From: an uncultured Rhodospirillaceae bacterium
GTDB taxonomy: Bacteria > Pseudomonadota > Alphaproteobacteria > UBA8366
Direction: 5' to 3'
Length of the DNA stretch: 58,981 bases
NCBI GenBank assembly: GCA_964585785.1
Contig: CAZPFL010000004.1
Coordinates: forward strand, 1-58,981
A program made the translations under genes and the position numbers. The first letter of the stretch is position 1; each line of letters begins with the position of its first letter. Below, one piece after another: positions 28,101-35,395 of the stretch. The notes under the pieces are model-generated. The model was not told the origin of the DNA. It was given only the letters and a program-made list of their open reading frames with translations, and searched no databases.

Positions 28101-29477
28101 GGCGCGCCCTCGGTTATCGAGGCGTCGTTGCCGCTTCGTCTGCAGGGGCCCGACCTCGCCGTTTCGATGCCGCGCGAGCAGCCGGTGTCGGGCACACTCA
28201 ACTGGTCGGGCGACGCGGCGGCGCTGTGGCGCTTCGTGCCGATTCCCGAACATCTCGTCCGCGGGCCCGCGAAGATCGACCTGACGCTCTCCGGCACGCT
28301 GGCGAAACCCAGCCTGCGCGGAACCATGGCGCTCACCGACGGCTATTACGAGAGCCTGGAATTCGGCACCGTGCTGAAGCCGATCAACATGGTCGTGACT
28401 TTCGACGGCACGCACGCGCGCCTCACGCGCTTCACGGCCGGCGACGGCGGTGCGGGCAAGATCGAGGCCACGGGTGATGTCGCGCTCGATCCCGACGCGG
28501 GATTTCCGTTCGAGATTACCGGCAAGCTCGCGAAGCTGACGGCGGTGCGGCGCGACGATGTCCAGGCGTCGGCCAGCGGCGACGTGAAGCTGTCGGGCAC
28601 GCTGAAGAAGCTGCGGATCGCGAGCAAGCTCACCACGGATCATGTCGAGATCCGTATCCTCGATCGCCTGCCGCCCGACGTGGCGACCCTCAATGTCGTC
28701 GAGGTGGGGCAGGGGCAAAACGCCGCGCCGGCGACTGAGGAGGCCGAGACCGGGCCGCCGGTCAATGTCGACCTCGCCATCGAGATCGCGATGCCGCGGC
28801 GTGTGTTCGTGCGAGGACGCGGCATCGATTCCGAATGGAAGGGCGACCTGAAGATCAGCGGCACGGCGAGGAACCCGCGCGTTGCGGGCACGCTGACCCT
28901 GGTGCGCGGCCAAATGACCGTCGTCGGGAAAACCTTTCAGCTGGACAGCGGCACGCTCTCGCTGCCCGACAGTCCCAATGCGGAGCCCCAGATCGCGCTG
29001 AAGGCGGTGTACACCGGCAGCAACTTGACGGTGACGGCGACGGTCAGCGGGTCCGTCACCAAGCCGTCCATCACGCTGAGCTCATCGCCGTCGATGCCGC
29101 AGGACGAGATCGTGTCGAATGTCCTGTTCAACAAGAGCTCGACGAAGCTGAGTCCCTACGAAGCCGCGCAGCTAGGCCTCGCGCTGGCGGACCTCACCGG
29201 CGAGAGCGGCGGCGGCGTGCTCGACTTCGCCCGCAAGACGCTCGGGGTCGATGTCCTGAGGATCGAATCCACACAGACGACGAAAGGCAGCGAGCCTGTC
29301 CTCGGCGCGGGCAAATACGTCACCAAGGACGTCTATGTCGGCGTCAAGCAGGGGGCCACGCCGGAGTCCAGCTCGGTCGGGGTGACGGTCGACCTGACGC
29401 CGCATATCTCCGTCGACAGCGACGTGAAACGAAGCGGGCAGAGCGACGTCGGCGTTAAGTTCAAGCTGGATTATTGA
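25119..29477 (+). CDS. tamB: Translocation and assembly module protein TamB (DUF490)
   Basis: 1452 aa. N-terminal signal anchor (MKRVVIALLALLGVIAVLGAAVLLWL), a long beta-rich repetitive body, and a C-terminal DUF490-like end (VGVTVDLTPHISVDSDVKRSGQSDVGVKFKLDY). Confidence 0.85.
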   Translation: MKRVVIALLALLGVIAVLGAAVLLWLPSESGRAWIAQEIARRASTPGETLVSIGRLEGDLYHQLRFADIRVADSAGDWLTVGSAKIDWQPLGLLRGKLVLDRVDIRNVAVARLPETPPSAKEPSLAERLDALRDLPAIRIRDLNVEDVALGQPVVGERAVLRVTGHVEAVAPSAIQGKLSVRRMDGPAGSLDATGAYDTDRTSLTLNVSLEEPAGGLIARALDVPALPALQGEAKGAGPLSDWKGHVAFSFAQVAAMRADVAIRHTTATDFTVDGTATIPPGDRGFARRLVSGTHRFRVDGSYKRGDALTLSQMQWTAPLFTFAAGGTMNLDTLAVDGRASLKTTRAGPLTLAPADASIGALTAEITASGRLPAPDLTVAFDAGHLAVADAGTGDLHGTFALTPQGRNRGRVDGTATLDAIKLAGRPAVQALLGDKATLRLSGGVDFARSLVTLDKASVAAAAGELSGSGRYGWADGNGTAKAMLSLPDLAALKTAAAPTLTGHVTVSLDAALRDFGDTATGRLSGAATDLNLGNTAADAILTRTPKLDAELSLAGGKLAIKPLTVTSAAADLQFDAALDTASGAVSGTYRVNVAGGTPLRAADNVAVDCVCRLSGRLRGTLQKLGVTGDLAVQALRAEPVALRALAADYDLGGLPNALSGTVKLKAATPVGPATAQTKVALAQDRLRLSDLQAEAATATARGALDLPLTDAPATGDIALDVKDLKAWFTAAGLDGGGSATGQVKLRADGKRQVVDGAATIAKLRLRGAPGAPGIAFDQVAIDAGTTDLGAGDKNKIDIRMTKGAVGAAALARVALTAQGSPSKARLSVSAKGDWKGALAVDAAGDYAEKGGRRSLDLTRLDGALIGEKLALQKPLRLAWGESGVTAEPVALALGDARLSGHARTGKESADVSLNLTGAPLKLIDAFWPLGLNGKADGTLEFKGRWPEAAGKLSLAVPRLRLGDAPDAPALAIDVNGDWRRGRLALNGTIKANEGAPSVIEASLPLRLQGPDLAVSMPREQPVSGTLNWSGDAAALWRFVPIPEHLVRGPAKIDLTLSGTLAKPSLRGTMALTDGYYESLEFGTVLKPINMVVTFDGTHARLTRFTAGDGGAGKIEATGDVALDPDAGFPFEITGKLAKLTAVRRDDVQASASGDVKLSGTLKKLRIASKLTTDHVEIRILDRLPPDVATLNVVEVGQGQNAAPATEEAETGPPVNVDLAIEIAMPRRVFVRGRGIDSEWKGDLKISGTARNPRVAGTLTLVRGQMTVVGKTFQLDSGTLSLPDSPNAEPQIALKAVYTGSNLTVTATVSGSVTKPSITLSSSPSMPQDEIVSNVLFNKSSTKLSPYEAAQLGLALADLTGESGGGVLDFARKTLGVDVLRIESTQTTKGSEPVLGAGKYVTKDVYVGVKQGATPESSSVGVTVDLTPHISVDSDVKRSGQSDVGVKFKLDY

Positions 29478-29493
29478 GGCGTTTGCCCGGCGG

Positions 29494-30282
29494 CTATTTC
29501 TTCCGCGCGCGGAGCTTCGCCAGACCCTCCTCGACCATCCGTTTGGGCTCGTCGGTCTCGTAGGCCTTGCCCATGCAGCGGATGCCTTCCTGGATCGCGT
29601 CGGTGACCGGCATGCTTTCCCAGCTGCGCACCAGCTCCTTCTGCAGTCGGATGGCGCGCGGACCGGATTCGACGATCGCCGCGACCCATTCTTCGGCGGC
29701 ATCGTCGAGGTCGCCCTTTTCGACCACCCGCTCCACCAGGCCCCAGTCCAGCGCGGTCGCCGCGTCGATCGTCTTGCCGGTGTAGACGAGGATCTTGGTC
29801 TTGCCCCATCCGATGAGCTGCGGCAGCAGCGCCGCCTCCACGACGGAGGGCAGGCCGAGCTTCACTTCCGGCATGCCGAACAGCGCGGTATCGGCGGCGA
29901 CCCGCATGTCGCAGGCGGCGGCGAGCTCGAGCCCGGCGCCGAAGCATGGCCCGTTGATCCGCGCGATCACCGGCACCGGAAGCTCACGGCAGACGCGGCA
30001 GACGCCGTGCACCAGGGTCAGGAACTCGCGGGCCTTGGCCGGGTCGAGCTCTCTTAGCTCCAGCATGTTCGCGCCGGCGACGAAGGACTTGTCCCCGGCG
30101 CCGGTCAGCACCATCGCGCGCAACGCGTCGTCCGCGGCAAGCGCCGTGACGGCCGCGATGAATTCCCGCATGAGCCCGGCCGAAAGGCAGTTGAGTTTCG
30201 CCTGATGATCGATGGCGACGTGCGCGACGCGGCCCTGGGACCGCTCCTCGATCCTGACATCCACCTTCCATCCCTCGGCCAT
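29494..30282 (-). CDS. Enoyl-CoA hydratase/isomerase (crotonase) family protein
   Basis: 262 aa. Crotonase oxyanion-hole blocks VLTGAGDKSFVAGANM and INGPCFGAGLELAAACD. Confidence 0.85.
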   Translation of the reverse strand: MAEGWKVDVRIEERSQGRVAHVAIDHQAKLNCLSAGLMREFIAAVTALAADDALRAMVLTGAGDKSFVAGANMLELRELDPAKAREFLTLVHGVCRVCRELPVPVIARINGPCFGAGLELAAACDMRVAADTALFGMPEVKLGLPSVVEAALLPQLIGWGKTKILVYTGKTIDAATALDWGLVERVVEKGDLDDAAEEWVAAIVESGPRAIRLQKELVRSWESMPVTDAIQEGIRCMGKAYETDEPKRMVEEGLAKLRARKK

Positions 30283-30427
30283 CGGCGTCTCCCAAGTGTT
30301 AAGGCGGCGCCAGCCTATCAGGCGACAATAGGCAGCGCCAACGGCGAGGCAATTAATTGCTTATCGGGTGGCGGCCGGCTGGTTTTCCATGCGTAAGACA
30401 CGATCCGACACGGAGGCGGGCATCTTC

Positions 30428-30733
30428 ATGGCGACACCGGAGCCGGTTCCCCAGGCGATCACGCTGGCGGCCGACCGCCGCAGTCTCCTCATCGATTGGG
30501 GCGGGGGCGCGGCCGAGCGGGCGACCGCCGCGGCGCTCCGCGATGCCTGCCGCTCGTCGCGATCGGTGCGCGCCCGGCTGAACGGCTGGGCGGTTCCTGC
30601 GCCGGCGGATCTGACGATTGTCGATGTCCGGCCGGTCGGGCACTACGCCATCAACCTCGTGTTCTCGGACGGCCACGACCGCGGGATCTATCCCTGGCAC
30701 TACCTGAAGGAAATTTCGCGACCGGGAAATTAA
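30428..30733 (+). CDS. DUF971 (gamma-butyrobetaine hydroxylase N-terminal-like) domain protein
   Basis: 101-aa product from ATG 30428 (GGAGG 12 nt upstream). LLIDWGGG...VRPVGHYAINLVFSDGHDRGIYPWHYL is the DUF971 pattern as I recall it. Confidence 0.65.
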   Translation: MATPEPVPQAITLAADRRSLLIDWGGGAAERATAAALRDACRSSRSVRARLNGWAVPAPADLTIVDVRPVGHYAINLVFSDGHDRGIYPWHYLKEISRPGN

Positions 30734-30744
30734 TTGCTCAACGC

Positions 30745-30805
30745 ACGCCGCCGGATCCGTCACGGTGGCAGTGTAATGGACGGCAGGACGGAACGGCGGC
30801 GTTTC
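30745..30805 (+). promoter_or_regulatory. Extended imperfect stem-loop in the DUF971/aprA-like intergenic region (attenuator, terminator or stabiliser candidate)
   Basis: ACGCCGCCG (30745-30753) pairs with CGGCGGCGT (30794-30802). TCCGTC (30756-30761) pairs with GACGGA (30787-30792). The structure is followed by TTTC. Confidence 0.35.
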
Positions 30806-30840
30806 GGCCGGCCGGAACGACAGGTGACAGAGAGGCTGAC

Positions 30841-32577
30841 ATGGACGATATCCAGTCCGGAACCGAGACCTTCGACTGCGACGTGCTGGTGATCGGCGGT
30901 GGCACTGCGGGGCCGATGGCCGCCTACAAGGCCAAGGTCAAGAACCCGAACGCGAAGGTCGTGCTGCTGGAAAAAGCGAACGTCAAGCGCAGCGGCGCCA
31001 TCTCGATGGGCATGGACGGACTGAACAACACGGTGATCCCCGGGCATGCGACGCCCGAGCAGTACACCAAGGAGATCACTATCGCCAATGACGGCATCGT
31101 CAACCAGAATGCCGTCTACAAATACGCGCAGAACTGCTTCTCGATCATCCAGGAGCTCGACTCCTTCGGCATCCGTTTCCAGAAGGACGAGAACGGCGAC
31201 TACGACGTGAAAAAGGTGCACCACATGGGCACCTACGTCCTGCCCATGCCGAACGGCGAGACGGTGAAGAAGGCGCTCTATCGCCAGCTGCGCCGCGTCC
31301 GCATCCTGATCTCCAACCGCTACATGGCGACGCGGCTGCTGACCGGGACGGACGGGCGGATCGCCGGGGCGATCGCCGTCAACACCCGGAACGCAACCTT
31401 CCTGACGATTCGCGCCAAGGCGGTCATCCTCTGCATGGGCGCGGCGGGGCGGCTCGGGCTGCCGGCGTCCGGCTATCTCTACGGCACCTACGAGAACGCG
31501 GCTAACAGCGGCGACGGTTACGCGATGGCCTATCACGCAGGGGCTGAGCTTTCGAACCTCGAATGCTTCCAGATCAATCCGCTGATCAAGGACTACAACG
31601 GCCCGGCCTGTGCCTATGTCGCCGGTCCCTTCGGCGGTTACACCGCGAACAACGAAGGGCTCCGCTTCATCGAGTGCGACTACTGGAGCGGCCAGATGAT
31701 GCAGGAATTCTACAACGAGCTGATGAGCGGCAAGGGCCCGGTCTTCCTCAAGATCGACCATTTGCACAACGAGACGATCAGCGAGATCGAGGACATCCTG
31801 CATCGGGTCGAGCGGCCGACGCGCGGCCGCTTCCACACACGGCGCAGCACGAATTACCGCAATGACATGATCGAGATGCATATCTCGGAGATCGGCTTCT
31901 GCTCTGGGCACAGCGCGTCGGGCGTCTCCGTCGACGAGTTCGCGCGGACGACCGTGCCGGGGCTCTACGCCGCGGGCGACATGGCGAGCGTGCCGCACAA
32001 CTACATGCTGGGCGCCTTCACCAACGGCGCGACGGCGGGCGAGGACGCGATCGATTTTGCCGGCGAGCACGACTACGCCGCCTATGACGACGAGCAGGTC
32101 GCGCGCGAGATGGCGCGCGTGCTGGCGCCGACTCGGCGCGACGACGGCATTCCGCCGAACCAGATCGAGTACAAGACGCGCCGGCTGGTCAACGACTACC
32201 TGCAGCCGCCGAAGGTCACGCGCAAGTTCCAGATCGGGCAGAGCCGCTTCGCCGAGGTGCGGGAGGACGCGGGCAACATGGTCGTGCGCAACGCGCATGA
32301 GCTGATGCGCGCGCTGGAGGCCTATTCCATCCTCGACTGTGCGGACATGGCGGCCCATGCCTCGCTCTTCCGCACCGAGAGCCGCTGGGGGCTCTATCAC
32401 AACCGCGTCGACTATCCGGACCGCGACGACGAGAACTGGTTCTGCTTCACCCAGCTCTTCAAGGATGCGGCGGGCAACATGGCGTGCCGCAAGCAACCGG
32501 TCGATCCCTATATCGTTCCCATCGAAGAGTCCGAACGCTACGCCTACGATAAGCAGCGCATTCAGGCCGGTGATTGA
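30841..32577 (+). CDS. Adenylylsulfate reductase alpha-subunit-like (AprA-like) FAD flavoprotein of the fumarate reductase/succinate dehydrogenase superfamily; substrate unknown
   Basis: 578 aa from ATG 30841. FAD fold DVLVIGGGTAGPMAAYKA, LLEKANVKRSGAISMGMDGLNN (compare AprA VEKAAVERSGAVAQGLSAINT), and the C-terminal RTESRWGLYHNRVDYPDRDDENWFCF (compare AprA RKETRWPGYYYRTDYPELNDEEWKCF). The AprA comparison is from memory. Confidence 0.8.
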   Translation: MDDIQSGTETFDCDVLVIGGGTAGPMAAYKAKVKNPNAKVVLLEKANVKRSGAISMGMDGLNNTVIPGHATPEQYTKEITIANDGIVNQNAVYKYAQNCFSIIQELDSFGIRFQKDENGDYDVKKVHHMGTYVLPMPNGETVKKALYRQLRRVRILISNRYMATRLLTGTDGRIAGAIAVNTRNATFLTIRAKAVILCMGAAGRLGLPASGYLYGTYENAANSGDGYAMAYHAGAELSNLECFQINPLIKDYNGPACAYVAGPFGGYTANNEGLRFIECDYWSGQMMQEFYNELMSGKGPVFLKIDHLHNETISEIEDILHRVERPTRGRFHTRRSTNYRNDMIEMHISEIGFCSGHSASGVSVDEFARTTVPGLYAAGDMASVPHNYMLGAFTNGATAGEDAIDFAGEHDYAAYDDEQVAREMARVLAPTRRDDGIPPNQIEYKTRRLVNDYLQPPKVTRKFQIGQSRFAEVREDAGNMVVRNAHELMRALEAYSILDCADMAAHASLFRTESRWGLYHNRVDYPDRDDENWFCFTQLFKDAAGNMACRKQPVDPYIVPIEESERYAYDKQRIQAGD

Positions 32578-32601
32578 CCGACCCGGAAGGAGGTAAAGAG
32601 C

Positions 32602-32835
32602 ATGCCGCTCGCCAATACACCGACCACCGTTCCCGTCGTCGTCGATGAGCAGAAATGCATCGCCGACAAGGGCTGCACCGTCTGCGTCGATGTCTGTCCG
32701 CTCGACGTGCTCCGCATCAGCGAGGAGACCGGCAAGGCCTATATGCGCTATGACGAGTGCTGGTACTGCATGCCGTGCGAGGCCGATTGCCCGACCGGCG
32801 CGGTCACGGTCAGCATTCCTTATTTGCTGCGGTAG
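32602..32835 (+). CDS. 2x[4Fe-4S] ferredoxin, truncated AprB-like
   Basis: 77 aa with eight Cys in C-x5-C-x2-C-x3-CP and C-x2-C-x2-C-x3-CP arrangement. GGAGG precedes the ATG, 24 bp after the aprA-like stop. Confidence 0.85.
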   Translation: MPLANTPTTVPVVVDEQKCIADKGCTVCVDVCPLDVLRISEETGKAYMRYDECWYCMPCEADCPTGAVTVSIPYLLR

Positions 32836-32842
32836 GCCCGCG

Positions 32843-33805
32843 ATGCCGATATTCGAGCCGTTCGAAGATGCCGCCGAAGTCGACGACCTGACCGAGCGTC
32901 TGGCCGATGCCGACCCGTCGGTCCGCCGCATCGCGGTGATCGAGCTGGGCGATACCTCGGATCCGGCCGCGGTGCCGCATCTGCTGACCGCCTTGCGGGA
33001 CGACGTGGCCGAGGTCCGGCTGCAGGCCGCGCAGGCGCTCGAAGCGTTCGACGGGCCGCAGGTGGGGGCGGGACTTGCCGCTGCCCTGTCCGACCCGGAC
33101 GCGCGGGTGGCCGAAGCGGCCGCCACGAGCCTGACCGAGTTGAAGGACCCGGAAGCGGCGCCGGCGCTGCTGCCCTATCTGGAGAATGGAACGCCGTTCG
33201 TCCGGGCCGCGCTGTTTCGCGGGCTGAAGGAGCTCCGCAACCCGATTTCGCTCCGCGCGGCGCTCGCGGCGATCGAGGATGCCGACCCCGCTGTGCGGGT
33301 GCAGGCGGTCGGCGTCATCGGCTATCTCAAGGCCGAAGAATCGCTGCCGGCGCTGATCGTGGCGACGCGCGGCGACGCGCCCGAGGTGCGGCGCGCTGCG
33401 ATTGGCGCGTTGGCATTCAGCCGATCGTCGCACGCCGCAGAGGCGCTGATGGCCGGACTGGACGACCCGGAATGGCAGGTGCGGGAGATCGCGGCCGAAA
33501 CGATCGGCAAGACCGCCCTCGACGACGGCATCGGCAAGCTGATGGCCGCGATGGACGACGACTATTGGCAGGTGCGGGTACAGGCGGCGCGTAGCCTCGG
33601 CAAGTTGAAGGCGGTGCGGGCGATCCCGATTCTGGCGCCTGCGCTGGAGCATTCGATCAGCAACCTGCGGAAGGATGCCGCGGCGGCGCTTGGCGAGATC
33701 GCGCATCCGGATGGCCTGCCCTATCTCGAACGGGCCATGAACGATATCGACCCCGATGTCCGCAAGAACGTGCGCTGGGCCATCAGCCGCATCCGTGCCG
33801 CATAG
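32843..33805 (+). CDS. HEAT-repeat (PBS-lyase HEAT-like) protein
   Basis: 320 aa from ATG 32843. About ten roughly 30-aa repeats of the form D-x-(D/E)-x-x-VR-x-x-A-x-x-AL-G (DPSVRRIAVIELG, DVAEVRLQAAQAL, DPAVRVQAVGVIG, DPDVRKNVRWAI). Confidence 0.8.
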   Translation: MPIFEPFEDAAEVDDLTERLADADPSVRRIAVIELGDTSDPAAVPHLLTALRDDVAEVRLQAAQALEAFDGPQVGAGLAAALSDPDARVAEAAATSLTELKDPEAAPALLPYLENGTPFVRAALFRGLKELRNPISLRAALAAIEDADPAVRVQAVGVIGYLKAEESLPALIVATRGDAPEVRRAAIGALAFSRSSHAAEALMAGLDDPEWQVREIAAETIGKTALDDGIGKLMAAMDDDYWQVRVQAARSLGKLKAVRAIPILAPALEHSISNLRKDAAAALGEIAHPDGLPYLERAMNDIDPDVRKNVRWAISRIRAA

Positions 33806-33830
33806 CGAAGAGGAAGGCGAGGGACCCGTG

Positions 33831-34598
33831 ATGAAATCCGCCGTTCCCGGTTCCGAAGTCGAAGCCGCGCGCCGCGCCAGTCCGATGACCGAGCCGCTGT
33901 ACAGCCGGATCAAGAAGAGCCTCAAGGCAAGGATCCTCGCCGGGGATTACGCGCCGGACGCGCAGTTGCCGTCGGAAAACCAGCTAATGAAGATCTTCGA
34001 CGTGAGCCGGGTGACGGTGCGCCAGGCCCTGCATCAGCTGCAGAAGGAGCGGCTGATCGTCAGCCGTCAGGGCAAGGGCTATTTCGTCGCCCGCGCGAAG
34101 GCGGTGCAGGATCTGGCGCGGCTGCAAGGGCTGGGCGAGGCGATCGCCGACACCGGCTTCAGCGCGCATTCCGCCGTCCTCGACATGACCGAGACCGCAG
34201 CCGACAAGCGCGTCGCCGAAGCGCTGGCGATCGAGCCCGGCGCGACGGTGGTCCGCCTGCGCCGCGTGCGCCACATCAACCATCAGCCGGTGTCCTACGA
34301 CGTCAGCTATTTCCCGCTCGACATCGGGCGGCGCCTCAAGGATTTCGACCTCGTCCAGAACGACGTGTTCGTGCTGCTCGAGGAAAAGCTCGGCCATCCG
34401 CTCGGCATGGCGGACCTCAAGATCGAGGCGGACAAGGCCGACGAGGCCCTGGCCCATCTGCTCGAGGTGGATGCCGGGACGCCCGTCCTGCGCATCGAGC
34501 GGCTGACCTCGGACGAGACGGGGCGGCCGATCGACTTCGAATATCTGCACGGGCGGGGCGACGCCTATCAGTTTCGCATCCGCGTGCCCCGGTGGTGA
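33831..34598 (+). CDS. GntR family transcriptional regulator, HutC subfamily (UTRA effector domain)
   Basis: wHTH LPSENQLMKIFDVSRVTVRQALHQLQKERLIVSRQGKGYFV followed by a UTRA-like C-terminal half. An alternative start lies at 33885 (MTEPLYSRI). Confidence 0.85.
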   Translation: MKSAVPGSEVEAARRASPMTEPLYSRIKKSLKARILAGDYAPDAQLPSENQLMKIFDVSRVTVRQALHQLQKERLIVSRQGKGYFVARAKAVQDLARLQGLGEAIADTGFSAHSAVLDMTETAADKRVAEALAIEPGATVVRLRRVRHINHQPVSYDVSYFPLDIGRRLKDFDLVQNDVFVLLEEKLGHPLGMADLKIEADKADEALAHLLEVDAGTPVLRIERLTSDETGRPIDFEYLHGRGDAYQFRIRVPRW

Positions 34599-35128
34599 GA
34601 CGCGCGCTCATCCGCGGGATGGGCGCTCTGTTGCTGTGTTGCCTTCCGGGACTGGGCGCTGCCGGGCAAGCCGGTTCTGCGCAAATGGTGCAGCTCATCG
34701 AGTTGCCGGAAAAGCCGCTCGCGCCCGCGCTCGACCTCGCCGATCTCGCAGGCCGCCGCCATGACGTCGCCGCCTATCGCGGCCGGGTCGTCGTCGTCAA
34801 TTTCTGGGCGACCTGGTGTCCGCCCTGCCGCAAGGAATTCCCCGCGCTCGAACGGGCCTGGAAAAAGCTGGCGCCGGCCGGCGTGGTGCTGCTGGCGGTC
34901 AGTCTCGGCGACCGGCGCGAGCAGGTGGAACGCTTTCTCAAGCGCTACCCCGTGCGCTTCCCGGTTCTCGTCGCGCCCGACCTTGCGCTCAAGGAGAGCT
35001 GGCAGCTTCAGGGCATGCCGACCACTTATGTCCTAGACCGGACCGGACGCATCTATTATGGCGCGATCGGCGAGCGGGCCTGGGACGATCCCGCGATCCT
35101 CAATCCGATCCTGGCCTTGGCGAAGTGA
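34592..35128 (+). CDS. TlpA/ResA-like periplasmic thiol:disulfide oxidoreductase (thioredoxin fold)
   Basis: 178 aa. N-terminal signal/anchor and a WCPPC active site (VVVNFWATWCPPCRKEFPAL). The GTG start at 34592 overlaps the GntR stop by 7 bp. An alternative ATG lies at 34619. Confidence 0.85.
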   Translation: MVRRALIRGMGALLLCCLPGLGAAGQAGSAQMVQLIELPEKPLAPALDLADLAGRRHDVAAYRGRVVVVNFWATWCPPCRKEFPALERAWKKLAPAGVVLLAVSLGDRREQVERFLKRYPVRFPVLVAPDLALKESWQLQGMPTTYVLDRTGRIYYGAIGERAWDDPAILNPILALAK

Positions 35129-35180
35129 CGCCGCCTTTGCCGCAGGGCGTTCCCCCTCACTTGTATTGAAATCCGCGTTT

Positions 35181-35211
35181 AGCCGCTGTGCGTGATTCGG
35201 GCAGCGGTTTT
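35181..35211 (+). terminator. Possible intrinsic terminator after the tlpA-like gene
   Basis: CCGCTG (35183-35188) pairs with CAGCGG (35202-35207) across a 13-nt loop, followed by TTTT. The stem is short and the call is weak. Confidence 0.3.
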
Positions 35212-35328
35212 ACGACTGCACAGATTCCGCGCAGGAGCCGCCTGGCGACGTCCAAAGCGAGGCGCTTGGGCGCCAAAAACGCCCGTCTCACCAATAAGTT
35301 AAGAAAGTGCCGCCAAATCGCGCATTCC

Positions 35329-35344
35329 TGGCACGGAAATCGCT
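35329..35344 (+). promoter_or_regulatory. Sigma-54-like -24/-12 element TGGCAC-N5-TCGC
   Basis: 35329 tggcacggaaatcgct 35344 has one mismatch to TGGCAC-N5-TTGC. It lies 52-67 nt upstream of the SBP start at 35396. Confidence 0.3.
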
Positions 35345-35395
35345 CCTTATGAGGACGGGATAGAACAAGCGGCGAACAGGTCAGGAGGCCCTCAG

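Noticed and set aside
30841-32835. Calling these genes a bona fide dissimilatory APS reductase, aprAB.
   Set aside because: No sat, qmoABC or aprM lies nearby. The AprB-like subunit is truncated to 77 aa, and the genomic context (aerobic-type heterotroph genes) does not fit dissimilatory sulfate reduction. They stay as AprBA-like, function unknown.
30760-33126. A 788-aa ORF antisense to the aprA-like, ferredoxin and HEAT genes.
   Set aside because: Same reasoning as above. It spans three well-supported plus-strand genes with SD-preceded starts and has no recognisable domain.
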